Shown: positions 26,970 to 36,755, counted from the first letter of the stretch. The stretch: 49,427 nucleotides of DNA from an uncultured Acidimicrobiaceae bacterium (GCA_964608055.1 CAZSMJ010000001.1:1-49427); one strand, 5' to 3'. Notes: generated by a model not told the origin, from the letters alone. Numbers and translations: made by a program.

Positions 26970-26983
26970 TGCCAACGATGGCA
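26970..26983. promoter_or_regulatory. LacI-type operator 1 (TGCCAACGATGGCA)
   Basis: 14-bp palindrome with one mismatched pair. Fits the TGnnAaCGnTnnCA class of LacI/GalR operators. Confidence 0.55.
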
Positions 26984-26989
26984 AGGGCT

Positions 26990-27003
26990 TGCTAACGTTG
27001 GCA
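26990..27003. promoter_or_regulatory. LacI-type operator 2 (TGCTAACGTTGGCA)
   Basis: 14-bp palindrome with one mismatched pair, 20 bp centre-to-centre from operator 1. Ends 5 nt before the GH42 start codon. Confidence 0.6.
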
Positions 27004-27008
27004 AAAGG

Positions 27009-29048
27009 ATGACCTGGGACGCCCACCGCCCCGTTGAGAACCAGAAGGCGCTCTGGTTCGGGGGTGACTACAACCCTGAGCAATGGCCGTCCGAGATGTG
27101 GTCGGAGGACGTCGCCGCGCTCGAACATCTCGGCGTGAACATGGTCACTCTTCCCGTCTTCGCCTGGAGCTCCCTCCAGCCCGCGAAGGACCGGTTCGAG
27201 TTCGGCTGGTTGGATCGGGTGCTCGATGGGCTCGATCGCCATGGCATCGGCGTCGTCATGGCCACCCCCACGGCGGCCCAACCTGCCTGGATGTCTGCCG
27301 CCTATCCCGAGATTCTGCCGGTCGACACCTCAGGTCGGCGTCGCACGCATGGTGGCCGGGTCAATTATTGCCCAACCTCGTCGGCCTACCGCGACGGCTC
27401 GTCGCAGATCGCGGCGGCGATGGCCGAGCGGTATGCCGGCTATGGCGGGCTTCAGCTGTGGCATATCAACAACGAGTACGGGCCGGTTTGCTACTGCGAG
27501 GGTTGTCGCGACGAGTTCCAACGCTGGGTGACTGACCGATATGGGGACCTCGACACCCTGAATCAGGCGTGGGGGAACGCGGTATGGGGCAACACCGTCC
27601 AGGACTGGTCCGAGATCGAGTTTCCCTCTCATCGCAACGCGATGCAGATCACGCCGCACGGGTGGACCAACTTCTCGGCCAGTCCCAGCATCACTTTGGA
27701 TCATGCCCGATTCGTTTCCTGGGTCCTGCTCGCCTGCTTCCTCAATGAGAAGGAGGTATTGCGCGAACACACACCTCACGTCCCGCTCACCACCAACTTC
27801 CATGGACCCGTTCAGACAATCGATTGGCACGAGTGGGGCCCACACCTCGATCTGATCTCTTGGGACTCCTACCCCAGGGTCGACAGCCGATGGTCCGATG
27901 CCGCGTTTGGCCATGACCTGGCTCGTGGTGCCGGGCAGCTTCGTGAGTTCTTGATGATGGAGACCTCTCCGGGCCCCGTGAATTGGCAACCGATGAACAC
28001 TCTCAAACCCCCGGGCGTGGTGCGACTACAGGCGTTGCAGGCGGTGGCGAGAGGCTCGAGAGGGGCGCTCTTCTTCCAGATAAGACAGGCCCGGTCGGGA
28101 AACGAGCTCAACCATTCTGCATTGATCCCCCGACATGGGCGCCTCGACACCCGCATGGGTGAGGAACTGGCGGCTCTGGGCCGGGACCTGCAGACAATCG
28201 GAGTTCCGCCCGACACTCACCGGCTCCCTGCGTCTGTCGCCCTCATATTTGATTGGCAGAGTTGGTGGGCCCACCACGCCACACCTGGCATCGACCAACG
28301 CTCGCGCTATCTGAGCGTTGTCCGTCACTTTCACCGGGTGCTGGTCGAGCACAACGTCTCGATCGATGTAGTGGGAGTTGGCCAGCCCTTGGACGGATTC
28401 GACGTTGTCATCGCCCCATCGCTCTATGTGGTCGACTCGGTTCTGGCTACCTCCTTGCAGGAATTCGTCATCGACGGGGGACTTCTCATTTCCACGACCG
28501 GGTCGGCGATCGTCGATGCCTCGGGTGGAGTTCACCCTGGCGGAGTCGAGCCAACCTGGCGGGGTCTGGTTGGCGCCTGGGTCGAGGAGACCGACGTCCG
28601 ACCGCCCGACTTGGTCAATCAAGTCCGTTTTCGCGATGACGGTTCGATCGCACCCGCCACCACCCTCTTCGACATCCTGCGCCTCGACACCGCCGAGACG
28701 CTCGCAGAGTTCCAGGACGACTTCTACGCCGGGAGCCCGGCGGTGATCATCAATCGATTGGGTGCGGGCTCCGTCGTCTACCTGGCCTCGGCCTCGCCAG
28801 AGCTCTTCGCCGCGGTAGTCGACCGCTTTGTTGTTCCGAATCGGACGTGGATGGTCCCGGCATTCGTGGAATGTGTGGAATGGACCGGCGAGAAGGGCGA
28901 TCTGGTGTTCCTGCTCAATCATGGTGCCGAAGAGGCGCACATTGCGCTGCCGCCTGGGCAGTGGGGCGATCTCCTCACCGGCCACAACCCCGACGACGAG
29001 CTACAGCTCCGGCCACGCGAGGTCGTGGTGTTGAGGAGAGGCCCGTGA
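27009..29048 (+). CDS. Beta-galactosidase, glycoside hydrolase family 42
   Basis: ATG at 27009 after AAAGGA. FGGDYNPEQWP, WHINNEYG (acid/base Glu) and MMETSP (nucleophile Glu) are GH42 hallmarks. The track start at 26706 is antisense to lacI. Confidence 0.9.
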   Translation: MTWDAHRPVENQKALWFGGDYNPEQWPSEMWSEDVAALEHLGVNMVTLPVFAWSSLQPAKDRFEFGWLDRVLDGLDRHGIGVVMATPTAAQPAWMSAAYPEILPVDTSGRRRTHGGRVNYCPTSSAYRDGSSQIAAAMAERYAGYGGLQLWHINNEYGPVCYCEGCRDEFQRWVTDRYGDLDTLNQAWGNAVWGNTVQDWSEIEFPSHRNAMQITPHGWTNFSASPSITLDHARFVSWVLLACFLNEKEVLREHTPHVPLTTNFHGPVQTIDWHEWGPHLDLISWDSYPRVDSRWSDAAFGHDLARGAGQLREFLMMETSPGPVNWQPMNTLKPPGVVRLQALQAVARGSRGALFFQIRQARSGNELNHSALIPRHGRLDTRMGEELAALGRDLQTIGVPPDTHRLPASVALIFDWQSWWAHHATPGIDQRSRYLSVVRHFHRVLVEHNVSIDVVGVGQPLDGFDVVIAPSLYVVDSVLATSLQEFVIDGGLLISTTGSAIVDASGGVHPGGVEPTWRGLVGAWVEETDVRPPDLVNQVRFRDDGSIAPATTLFDILRLDTAETLAEFQDDFYAGSPAVIINRLGAGSVVYLASASPELFAAVVDRFVVPNRTWMVPAFVECVEWTGEKGDLVFLLNHGAEEAHIALPPGQWGDLLTGHNPDDELQLRPREVVVLRRGP

Positions 29049-30706
29049 GTCGGTTCCGGCGTCTCGGCCCGGCTCATCCCGCGGCGATCGCCACCGCATT
29101 GCTGGTCACCGGGTGCAGCTCGTCTGCGACACCGGTCGACACCCCGGTTCTCGGAGTCGACCTCTCCTACGTCAACGAGGTCGAGGATTGCGGTGGGGTG
29201 TATCGCGACGCGGACGGGCAGACTGATCCGTTTGTCATCCTCGCCGACCAGGGAGCCAACCTGGTCAGAGCCCGGCTTTGGAACGATCCCGACTGGACCG
29301 AGTACAGCACGCTCGGCGACGTTATCCGCACCTTCGAGCGGGCCAAGGAGGCGGGAATGGCCACGCTCCTCGACTTCCACTACTCCGACGAGTGGGCCGA
29401 CCCCAGTCGACAGACACCACCAGTCGCATGGGCAGAGCTGCCCGGCACCGAAGAGATTGCGGTCGCGCTCGGGGAATACACAACGACAGTTCTCACCGCT
29501 CTCGATGAAGCGGGTGTCCTCCCCGACATGGTCCAGATCGGCAACGAGATCAATGGCGGTCTGGTCAAGCCGGCGGTCGGGCTCGATTGGGAACACGACG
29601 CCCCGCTACTCGGCGCCGGCATATCCGCGGTGCGCGCCATGGCCGAGGGGACCGGTCACGAAATCGCGGTAGTGATTCATGTGGCCCAGCCGGAAAACGG
29701 CCTGGCCTGGTTTGCCGAAGCCGAGGCCGCGGGTCTCGACGACTTCGACGTCATTGGTCTCTCCTATTACCCGCAATGGAGTCGATTCTCGATCGCCGAG
29801 TTGGGGAGCGCCGTGCAGCGGCTGGCGGCTGGCTACGAGAAAGAGGTGCTGGTCGTAGAGACCGGGTACCCCTGGACTACCGAGACTGCGGGTGACACCG
29901 CCGACAACGTCCTCGATCAAGGGCTCTCCCAATACCCGATGACCCCGGAAGGCCAGCGACGATTCATGGTCGACTTGAACTCATCGGTCGTCGCCAACGG
30001 TGGGATGGGGACCGTCTACTGGGAGCCGGCCTGGCTGAGCACTGGCTGCAGCACCCGATGGGGCCAGGGCTCGCATTGGGAGAACGCCACCTTGTTCGAC
30101 CTCGGAGGCGCACTCCATGAAGGAGCGGGCTATCTGGCGGAAACCTATTCGACGCAAGACACGCCCGACTCGACCGCCGCTACCAGCGAGGACACCAGCG
30201 GAGATGCGCGCCCGGCTGCCGACCTGATCCGATTGTCGGCTGTGATGGACGACGAGACGATCTTGGTTTCGGCTTCGCTATCCGGAGATGTGCGGGAGTG
30301 GCCTGGGGTCATAAGCCTGGCATTCGACACGAGCCAGGGTGGAGGTGACGGCGGCCGCCGTCCCTTCGACTACGTCGAGGCAACTCGTCCCGAATTGGTC
30401 CTGGAGACCTCATTCGAAGACGAACCGGGCCTGGGTTACCTCAGTCCTGCGCTAAGCGAGTGGCGCGATGGAGCCTGGTCAGAGCTCACGTTCACCGGGT
30501 CGGTCAGGGTCGAAGACTCCGAGAACGGCGGGAGCACAGTCGTTTGGTCCCTGCCCAGATCACTGGTCGGGGAGTCGGGCCCCATCGAATTGGCAGTGCT
30601 GACCGCCCAGCGGGGCAGGGCAGGCGGTTTGGAAGACACTTTCGGCAGCGGCGACGAGGCAACGACCGGGGTCGAGGCCGTCCTCTCGATCGGAGAGGAG
30701 CAGTGA
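29045..30706 (+). CDS. Arabinogalactan endo-beta-1,4-galactanase (GH53) lipoprotein with an extra ~190-aa C-terminal domain
   Basis: GTG at 29045 overlaps the GH42 stop (GTGA). Lipobox LLVTGC. GH53 body (GVDLSYVNEVE, VQIGNEINGG, VVETGYPW). Confidence 0.85.
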   Translation: MSRFRRLGPAHPAAIATALLVTGCSSSATPVDTPVLGVDLSYVNEVEDCGGVYRDADGQTDPFVILADQGANLVRARLWNDPDWTEYSTLGDVIRTFERAKEAGMATLLDFHYSDEWADPSRQTPPVAWAELPGTEEIAVALGEYTTTVLTALDEAGVLPDMVQIGNEINGGLVKPAVGLDWEHDAPLLGAGISAVRAMAEGTGHEIAVVIHVAQPENGLAWFAEAEAAGLDDFDVIGLSYYPQWSRFSIAELGSAVQRLAAGYEKEVLVVETGYPWTTETAGDTADNVLDQGLSQYPMTPEGQRRFMVDLNSSVVANGGMGTVYWEPAWLSTGCSTRWGQGSHWENATLFDLGGALHEGAGYLAETYSTQDTPDSTAATSEDTSGDARPAADLIRLSAVMDDETILVSASLSGDVREWPGVISLAFDTSQGGGDGGRRPFDYVEATRPELVLETSFEDEPGLGYLSPALSEWRDGAWSELTFTGSVRVEDSENGGSTVVWSLPRSLVGESGPIELAVLTAQRGRAGGLEDTFGSGDEATTGVEAVLSIGEEQ

Positions 30707-30794
30707 TGCGAAGCATGAGACAGGACACCTGGAGGGATTGGTTGCCCCCACCCCTCCTGGAATGCGAAACAGCGAGAAAGAGGAGGACGGAGAA

Positions 30795-32096
30795 ATGAAG
30801 CTAACGAGACCCCGGCGGGTCGGCATGCTGCTGACCGTGCTGGCATTACTGACGGCGGCGTGCGCCGGATCGGATGCCGGTGACACAACCGAGCCCCCAG
30901 GCGACACCACCGCCACCAGCGAGCCCACGGTGACGACGGAGGCCCCGACCGGGACCACTGCGGCGGCCGGGGACAACCTGACGCTATGGGTATATGACGA
31001 CGGTCGGATCGAGGTATTGACCCAACTCGGTGAAGAGTTCGCCGAGGAGTTCGGCGTGGGTGTCACCGTCGAGGCCGTCGACCTGGCCGAGCTGCGCAAT
31101 CAGATGCTCCTCGGAGCTTCGGGTAGCGGGCCGGACCTGGCCATCATCCCCCACGACAACCTCGGGGCTCTTGTCGAGAATGGGGCGGTGGCGGAGATCG
31201 ACCTCGGTGACAAGGCCGGCGAATACCTGCCCAACGCGGTGACCGGGTTCACCTACAACGGTGCGGTATACGGCGTCCCGCTCGCTGTGGAGAACATCGG
31301 GTTCTTCTACAACACCGACATGGTGGACGCCGCGCCCACAACCTGGGACGAGGTGAGGGAGGTCGGTGCCGCGCTGGTTGACAGTGGAGCGGCGGAGTCC
31401 GCGATCGGACTGCCCGACCTGACCTACAACTCGTACCCCTTGTACACATCCTTTGGCGGGTACATATTTGGCCAGGATGCGAGCGGCAGTTTCACGTCCG
31501 ATGACATCGGCATGACCAATGAGGGAATGGTTGCGGGCCTCACCTGGGTCCAGGGTCTGGCTAACGAAGGCCTGATCCCGGAGAACGTGGACTGGGAAGC
31601 GTCCCACGTCTTGTTCGAGACCGGAAAGCAGCCCTTTATCCTGACCGGCCCCTGGGCCATCAACAGGTTCCAGGACGCCGGAGTTCCGTACGCAGTGGCT
31701 CCATTTCCTGCCGCGGAGGCCGGTGGTGAGCCCGGGTACCCGTTCCTGGGTGTCCAGGGCCTCATTGTGAGCGCCAGCTCCGACCAGCTTCTGTTGGCGC
31801 AGACCTTCGCATTGGAGAAGATCGCGACTGAGGAGTCGATGTTGGCGATCTTCGAGGCAGAGCCACGGCCGTCGGCATGGACGTCGGTGTTCGAGCTGGC
31901 AGCGGACGCCGATGCCCAGGGCTTCAATGCTGCGGGTGTCGGTGCCGTCCCGATGCCGTCGATACCGGCGATGGGCTTCGTCTGGGACGCGTGGCTGAAC
32001 GCCGGGACGCTGGTCATGACCGGCGAGCTCGAGCCGGAAGCCGCGCTGACCCAGGCGGTGGCCCAGATCCAGACCCAAATCGACGAAGCAGGTTGA
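30795..32096 (+). CDS. ABC transporter sugar-binding lipoprotein (maltodextrin/galacto-oligosaccharide-binding family)
   Basis: ATG at 30795 after GAGGAGGACGGAG. Signal/lipobox LLTAAC followed by a Thr/Pro-rich linker. MalE/CycB-like body. Confidence 0.85.
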   Translation: MKLTRPRRVGMLLTVLALLTAACAGSDAGDTTEPPGDTTATSEPTVTTEAPTGTTAAAGDNLTLWVYDDGRIEVLTQLGEEFAEEFGVGVTVEAVDLAELRNQMLLGASGSGPDLAIIPHDNLGALVENGAVAEIDLGDKAGEYLPNAVTGFTYNGAVYGVPLAVENIGFFYNTDMVDAAPTTWDEVREVGAALVDSGAAESAIGLPDLTYNSYPLYTSFGGYIFGQDASGSFTSDDIGMTNEGMVAGLTWVQGLANEGLIPENVDWEASHVLFETGKQPFILTGPWAINRFQDAGVPYAVAPFPAAEAGGEPGYPFLGVQGLIVSASSDQLLLAQTFALEKIATEESMLAIFEAEPRPSAWTSVFELAADADAQGFNAAGVGAVPMPSIPAMGFVWDAWLNAGTLVMTGELEPEAALTQAVAQIQTQIDEAG

Positions 32097-32115
32097 GCCA
32101 GGGCGCCCATCCCTG

Positions 32116-33642
32116 ATGTCCACATCCGGCGAGCAGGTACCGACCAGCGCATATGTGCGGACTGCGGTCGCGGTGTCGCTATTCGCGGTGGGCGCCCTCT
32201 GGCTGATCCGGGCGCTGATCATCGATGGCCTGTTCCTCCTGGCCTCGATGATCAGCGCCGTTACCGTCTTCCTCCTGCTCGTCTATTTGAGACGACGTTT
32301 CTCGGCGATGCGGTGGATGGCAATAGGGGTGGCGGTCGCCGTTCTCTTTGCGGTCTATCCGATCGTGTTCAACATCTACATCGGCTTCACCAACATGGGA
32401 AGCGGGCACCTGTTCACCAAAGAGCAGGCGATCGCACGGCTCGAGGCCGAGACTCATCTCGCCGAGGATGCTCCCACCTTCCGCTGGTTCGGATACCGAC
32501 AGGGCGGGTCTTTCGCGCTCTTGTTGATCTCCGACGACGGCACAGCCCAGCTTGCTTCCCAGGAGGGGGCGGTCGAGACGGTGGAAGTGGATGATCCGGA
32601 GCAGCCGCCCGCGGAGCTGAGCGGATACACCCTGATGGCCCAGAGCGAGGTGACTCCGATCATCGACCGGTTGGCGGCGATTGAGTTCGGCGTCGCGCCG
32701 ACCGTCGTTCGGGTCCAGTCGCTTCGGGAGGCCGCCGCCGCCGTACCCCGCTATCGCTATGACGCCCAGTCCGATGTCATCGTCGACCAGGTTGATGGAA
32801 CGACATATCAGGCCGTCGAAGGGTCATTCGTCAGCGAGGACGGCGCAGTTCTCATTCCCGGATTCATGACCGGGGTCGGGTGGGAGAATTTCGCCCGTTT
32901 CCTCACGAACGATGCGGTGCGGGACCCTTTGCTTCGAGTGTTGCTTTGGAGCTTTGCCTTCGCCTTGGGCTCGGTAGTGCTCAGCTTCATCGTCGGCCTG
33001 GGGGTGGCTGTTCTCTTCGAGGACCTCCCCGGGAAGCGATGGATCATGGCACTGCTCATCGTGCCCTACCTGATCCCGGTGCTGGTTTCAGTGCTCATAT
33101 GGCGGAGCATGCTGAATCCGGATTTGGGCACCATTGGCCGATTTCTCGAGCGCACATTTGGTGAGTCGCCCCAGTTCTTCCTCGATCCGACATGGACCCG
33201 GTTCGCGCTGATCCTGGTCAACATCTGGCTCTCGTACCCATACTTCTACGTGGTGAGCTCAGGGGCTCTTCGCTCCATTCCAACTGAGATGTTCGACGCG
33301 GCCGAAGTAGACGGTGCCTCGCCCTGGAAGCAGTTCAGGTTCATCACCCTTCCTCAACTACTTGTGATCGTGATGCCGCTCCTCATCGCTTCGTTCGCTT
33401 TCAACTTCAACAACTTCAACCTGATCTACATCTTCAACACCGGCAACCCACCCATGGCCGAAGCTGCGATCCCGGTCGGGCAGACCGACATCCTCATCTC
33501 GTTCATCTACAAACTGGCGTTCCAATCATCCAGCGCGGCCGACTACGGGCTAGGTGCGGCCATCTCGGTTGTCTTGTTCCTCGTCGTCGGTTCGATCACC
33601 TATTGGCAGATACGGGCCACCAAGGCAGTGGAGACAGCATGA
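32116..33642 (+). CDS. ABC sugar transporter permease (MalF-like)
   Basis: Multi-TM protein with a long extracytoplasmic loop. The EAA-type motif region is DAAEVDGASPWKQFRFITLP. Confidence 0.85.
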   Translation: MSTSGEQVPTSAYVRTAVAVSLFAVGALWLIRALIIDGLFLLASMISAVTVFLLLVYLRRRFSAMRWMAIGVAVAVLFAVYPIVFNIYIGFTNMGSGHLFTKEQAIARLEAETHLAEDAPTFRWFGYRQGGSFALLLISDDGTAQLASQEGAVETVEVDDPEQPPAELSGYTLMAQSEVTPIIDRLAAIEFGVAPTVVRVQSLREAAAAVPRYRYDAQSDVIVDQVDGTTYQAVEGSFVSEDGAVLIPGFMTGVGWENFARFLTNDAVRDPLLRVLLWSFAFALGSVVLSFIVGLGVAVLFEDLPGKRWIMALLIVPYLIPVLVSVLIWRSMLNPDLGTIGRFLERTFGESPQFFLDPTWTRFALILVNIWLSYPYFYVVSSGALRSIPTEMFDAAEVDGASPWKQFRFITLPQLLVIVMPLLIASFAFNFNNFNLIYIFNTGNPPMAEAAIPVGQTDILISFIYKLAFQSSSAADYGLGAAISVVLFLVVGSITYWQIRATKAVETA

Positions 33643-34499
33643 GTGGAGCGAGACGGAGCCGACGGAGTTGGTGGTGGCGATATCTCTTGGCCGCATTGAT
33701 GATCGGCTTTGCGCTCCTTCCGGCGCTATGGGTGATCTCCGCCTCGCTGAACCCGGCTAAGACCTTGGTTGGTGCCACGCTCATCCCCAGGAACCCGGGG
33801 TTCGTCAATTACGACGACCTGGTCAACCACCCGTCATACCCATTCATGACCTGGATGGCCAACTCGCTGAAGATCACCGTCATCTCGGTGACGATCACGG
33901 TGGCGATCACCACACTCTCCGGTTACGCCCTATCCCGGTTCCGATTCGCCGGGAAAAAGCACTTCATGACCGGGATCCTCATCCTCAACGTGTTTCCCGC
34001 GGTGTTGTCGATCATCGCCTTGTTCGGGCTGATGCAACAGTTCGGTAACCACATCCCATGGCTGGGGTTGGACTCCCACGGCGGGCTGATCGCGATCTAC
34101 GTTTCCTTCGCGCTGGGGATCAACGTGCTCCTGGTCAAGCACTACATCGATGCGCTGCCCAGAGAGCTCGATGAGTCGGCCCTGGTCGACGGCGCCTCTC
34201 AAGGTCAGGCGTTCCGCAAGGTCGTGTTCCCCATGATTCGACCCATTGTGGTGACCGTGGCCGTGCTCCAGTTCTTCGCGGTGTACGGCGACTTCGTGAT
34301 CGCCCGGGTGCTACTCAGGAGCACCGAGAAACTGACGGTCATGGTCGGGTTGCTGTTGTTCCAGACTCTTCGGTTCGAACAGGACTGGGGGATCATCACC
34401 GCGGGTGCGGTCATGGCCACCCTGCCGGTTCTACTTCTCTACGTCCCGGTTCAGAACTATGTGATCAGCGGGCTCACCGCGGGCTCGGTGAAGGAATAG
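33639..34499 (+). CDS. ABC sugar transporter permease (MalG-like)
   Basis: ATG at 33639 overlaps the upstream TGA (ATGA). The EAA motif region is DESALVDGASQGQAFRKVVFP. Confidence 0.85.
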   Translation: MSGARRSRRSWWWRYLLAALMIGFALLPALWVISASLNPAKTLVGATLIPRNPGFVNYDDLVNHPSYPFMTWMANSLKITVISVTITVAITTLSGYALSRFRFAGKKHFMTGILILNVFPAVLSIIALFGLMQQFGNHIPWLGLDSHGGLIAIYVSFALGINVLLVKHYIDALPRELDESALVDGASQGQAFRKVVFPMIRPIVVTVAVLQFFAVYGDFVIARVLLRSTEKLTVMVGLLLFQTLRFEQDWGIITAGAVMATLPVLLLYVPVQNYVISGLTAGSVKE

Positions 34500-34521
34500 C
34501 GGAGCGGCCGACACGTCACCG

Positions 34522-35535
34522 ATCGATAGTCATCGCCGTCAGAATCTGCTCACCGGGCAATGGACCCTGGTCGCACCCGATCGTGGGAAGAGGCCGTGGC
34601 TTGGGGATGTGGAGCCGGAGGTGGTCGAGCAGCAGCCTGCGTACGATCCGAAATGCGCCTTGTGCCCGGGGAATGTGCGAGCGACCGGGATCCGCAACGC
34701 CGATTATCAGGAGACCTTCGTCTTCACCAACGATTTTGCCTCGCTACGACCCGAGGCATCGATTCCCAACGAAGTCAGTCATCGGCTGCTGCGCGCCGTC
34801 TCCGAGACGGGCACCTGTCGGGTGATCTGTTTCTCGCCTCGGCACGACCTGTCGTTGGCATCGATGGGCCGGGCGGCGATCCGCCGCATTGTCGATCTGT
34901 GGGCCGATCAGGTTGCAGAGTTGTCCGTGGGCCACCAATGGGTCCAAGTGTTCGAGAACCGTGGCGCCGAGATGGGCGCTTCCAACCCTCATCCCCATGG
35001 ACAGATCTGGGCGGGCTCAGCGATACCGACCCAAGCACTTCTCGAAGACACCATGCAACTGAATCATCATGTCTCCACCCAACGCCCGCTCCTTCTCGAG
35101 TATGTCGAACTGGAGGAGACCGAGAGGGCTCGGGTGGTAGTCGACAACGACGAGTGGCTTGCCGTTGTCCCCTATTGGGCCGCCTGGCCGTTCGAGACCT
35201 TGCTCATTCCGAAGAGCCCGGTCCAGCGGCTTCCCGACCTCACCACGGCCCAGCGCGCGCTGTTGGCATCCGGGCTCGAGGAGTTGTTGGCCGCGTACGA
35301 CAACCTGTTCAAGCGGGCTTTCCCCTATTCCATGGGGTGGCATGGTGCTCCAGGGACCCGGGCAGCCGAGCATTGGCAGCTGCATGCTCATTTCTACCCA
35401 CCGCTACTCGAGGCGCAACGGAGGAAGTTCATGGTCGGGTATGAGCTCCTTGCGGAGACTCAGCGTGACCTGACCCCCGAAGACGCAGCCCAACGCCTTC
35501 GGTCGGCAGCACCTGCCCATACGATGTCGTCTTGA
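34522..35535 (+). CDS. galT: Galactose-1-phosphate uridylyltransferase; start codon unresolved (no ATG/GTG/TTG upstream of the conserved N-terminus)
   Basis: Zinc-site CALCPGN. VFTNDFA. Active-site NPHPHGQIW. WPFETLLIP, FPYSMGWHGAP and WQLHAHFYPPLL also present. The conserved HRRQNLLTGQWTLVAPDRGKRPW is encoded at 34531-34599, upstream of the first canonical start (GTG 34609). ATC at 34522 is the only table-11 start available. Confidence 0.85.
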   Translation: MDSHRRQNLLTGQWTLVAPDRGKRPWLGDVEPEVVEQQPAYDPKCALCPGNVRATGIRNADYQETFVFTNDFASLRPEASIPNEVSHRLLRAVSETGTCRVICFSPRHDLSLASMGRAAIRRIVDLWADQVAELSVGHQWVQVFENRGAEMGASNPHPHGQIWAGSAIPTQALLEDTMQLNHHVSTQRPLLLEYVELEETERARVVVDNDEWLAVVPYWAAWPFETLLIPKSPVQRLPDLTTAQRALLASGLEELLAAYDNLFKRAFPYSMGWHGAPGTRAAEHWQLHAHFYPPLLEAQRRKFMVGYELLAETQRDLTPEDAAQRLRSAAPAHTMSS

Positions 35536-36674
35536 TGGGAACCGAGAGGGCCGTTTCTGCATTCACCGCCCAATTCGGGGGCCGACCCACGACGGTCGTC
35601 CGGTCTCCCGGCCGGGTCAACCTGATCGGCGACCACACCGATTACAACCAGGGATTCGTTCTGCCGCTCGCGATAGACCTGGCAGTGAGGATCGCGTTTC
35701 GCCCCCGGGGCGACGACAAGGTCCGTCTGTGGAGCGAGCGAACCGACGAATGGGCGGAGTTCTCCTTGGATTCATTGGCTCGGGGGGGCGGGTGGGGGGC
35801 ATATTTCCAAGGCGTGGCCTCCGAGATGCTTCAGCTTGGGCTCGCGCGGTCCGGATGGGAAGGAGCGATCGTCAGCGATATCCCCTCCGGTGCCGGTCTG
35901 TCATCTTCGGCGGCGCTCGAGTTGAGCGCAGCGATGGCCTTTGTCGTCGTATCCGAATTGGAGTGGGATGCCGTCGAGATGGCTCTCTTGTGTCAACGGG
36001 CCGAGAACGACTGGGTGGGCGTCAATTGCGGGATCATGGACCAATTGGTCTGTGCGACGGGCGAGGTCGATCGGTCCCTGTTGATCGACTGCCGGGACTT
36101 GACCCGACGGGCGGTGCCGATCCCTGCCGACGTAACCGTCGTAGTCCTCGACACCGGGACCGAGCGACGTCTCGTCGACTCTGGCTATAACGAGCGGCGT
36201 GACAGTTGCGAGACCGCGGCTCGACTCTTCGAGGTGCCGGCGCTTCGCGACCTCGACATCGAGACGTTGGAATCGGGCGAAGACCGTCTCGATCCGGTGA
36301 CGTACAGAAGGGCTCTTCATGTCGTTACCGAGAACGAGCGCACCCTCCTAATGAGTGAGTGCCTGGATCAAGGAGATCTCGTCGCGGCCGGCGAGCTGAT
36401 GCGGCAAAGCCACATCAGCCTGCGAGATGATTTCGAGGTCTCGTCGGATGCCCTCAACTCGATGACCGAGTCGGCACTCCTGTCACCTGGTTGCTATGGG
36501 GCACGGATGACGGGTGGAGGTTTCGGAGGCTCATGTGTCGCGCTCGTCGCCACCGGCCGGATCGAGGAGTTCCGGGCAACTGTGCTCAAGCGTTACCACG
36601 CCGACTCCGGGTTGAGCGGCACGGCGATCCCGATCAGAGCAACCAGCGGCACCTCATTCGAGGCACTCGTTTGA
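35535..36674 (+). CDS. galK: Galactokinase
   Basis: GRVNLIGDHTDYN signature and GHMP kinase motif PSGAGLSSSAALE. ATG at 35535 overlaps the galT TGA (TGATG). Confidence 0.9.
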   Translation: MGTERAVSAFTAQFGGRPTTVVRSPGRVNLIGDHTDYNQGFVLPLAIDLAVRIAFRPRGDDKVRLWSERTDEWAEFSLDSLARGGGWGAYFQGVASEMLQLGLARSGWEGAIVSDIPSGAGLSSSAALELSAAMAFVVVSELEWDAVEMALLCQRAENDWVGVNCGIMDQLVCATGEVDRSLLIDCRDLTRRAVPIPADVTVVVLDTGTERRLVDSGYNERRDSCETAARLFEVPALRDLDIETLESGEDRLDPVTYRRALHVVTENERTLLMSECLDQGDLVAAGELMRQSHISLRDDFEVSSDALNSMTESALLSPGCYGARMTGGGFGGSCVALVATGRIEEFRATVLKRYHADSGLSGTAIPIRATSGTSFEALV

Positions 36675-36755
36675 GTTCGCATTCAGCAGCCGGGAGACAC
36701 GGCGCCCCAATGTGAGCTGCGCTCCCCAAAATGCCGAAGCGAGCCGACTTACTCG

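Noticed and set aside
26706-27008. 101-codon upstream extension of the GH42 ORF. The same applies to the extensions at 28847 (GH53), 30738 (binding protein), 4260 (IclR), 18372 (Rieske), 44366 (PLP lyase) and 47183 (TetR).
   Set aside because: The extensions run antisense through, or overlap, neighbouring well-supported genes. Internal starts give canonical N-termini with SD sequences or start/stop coupling.
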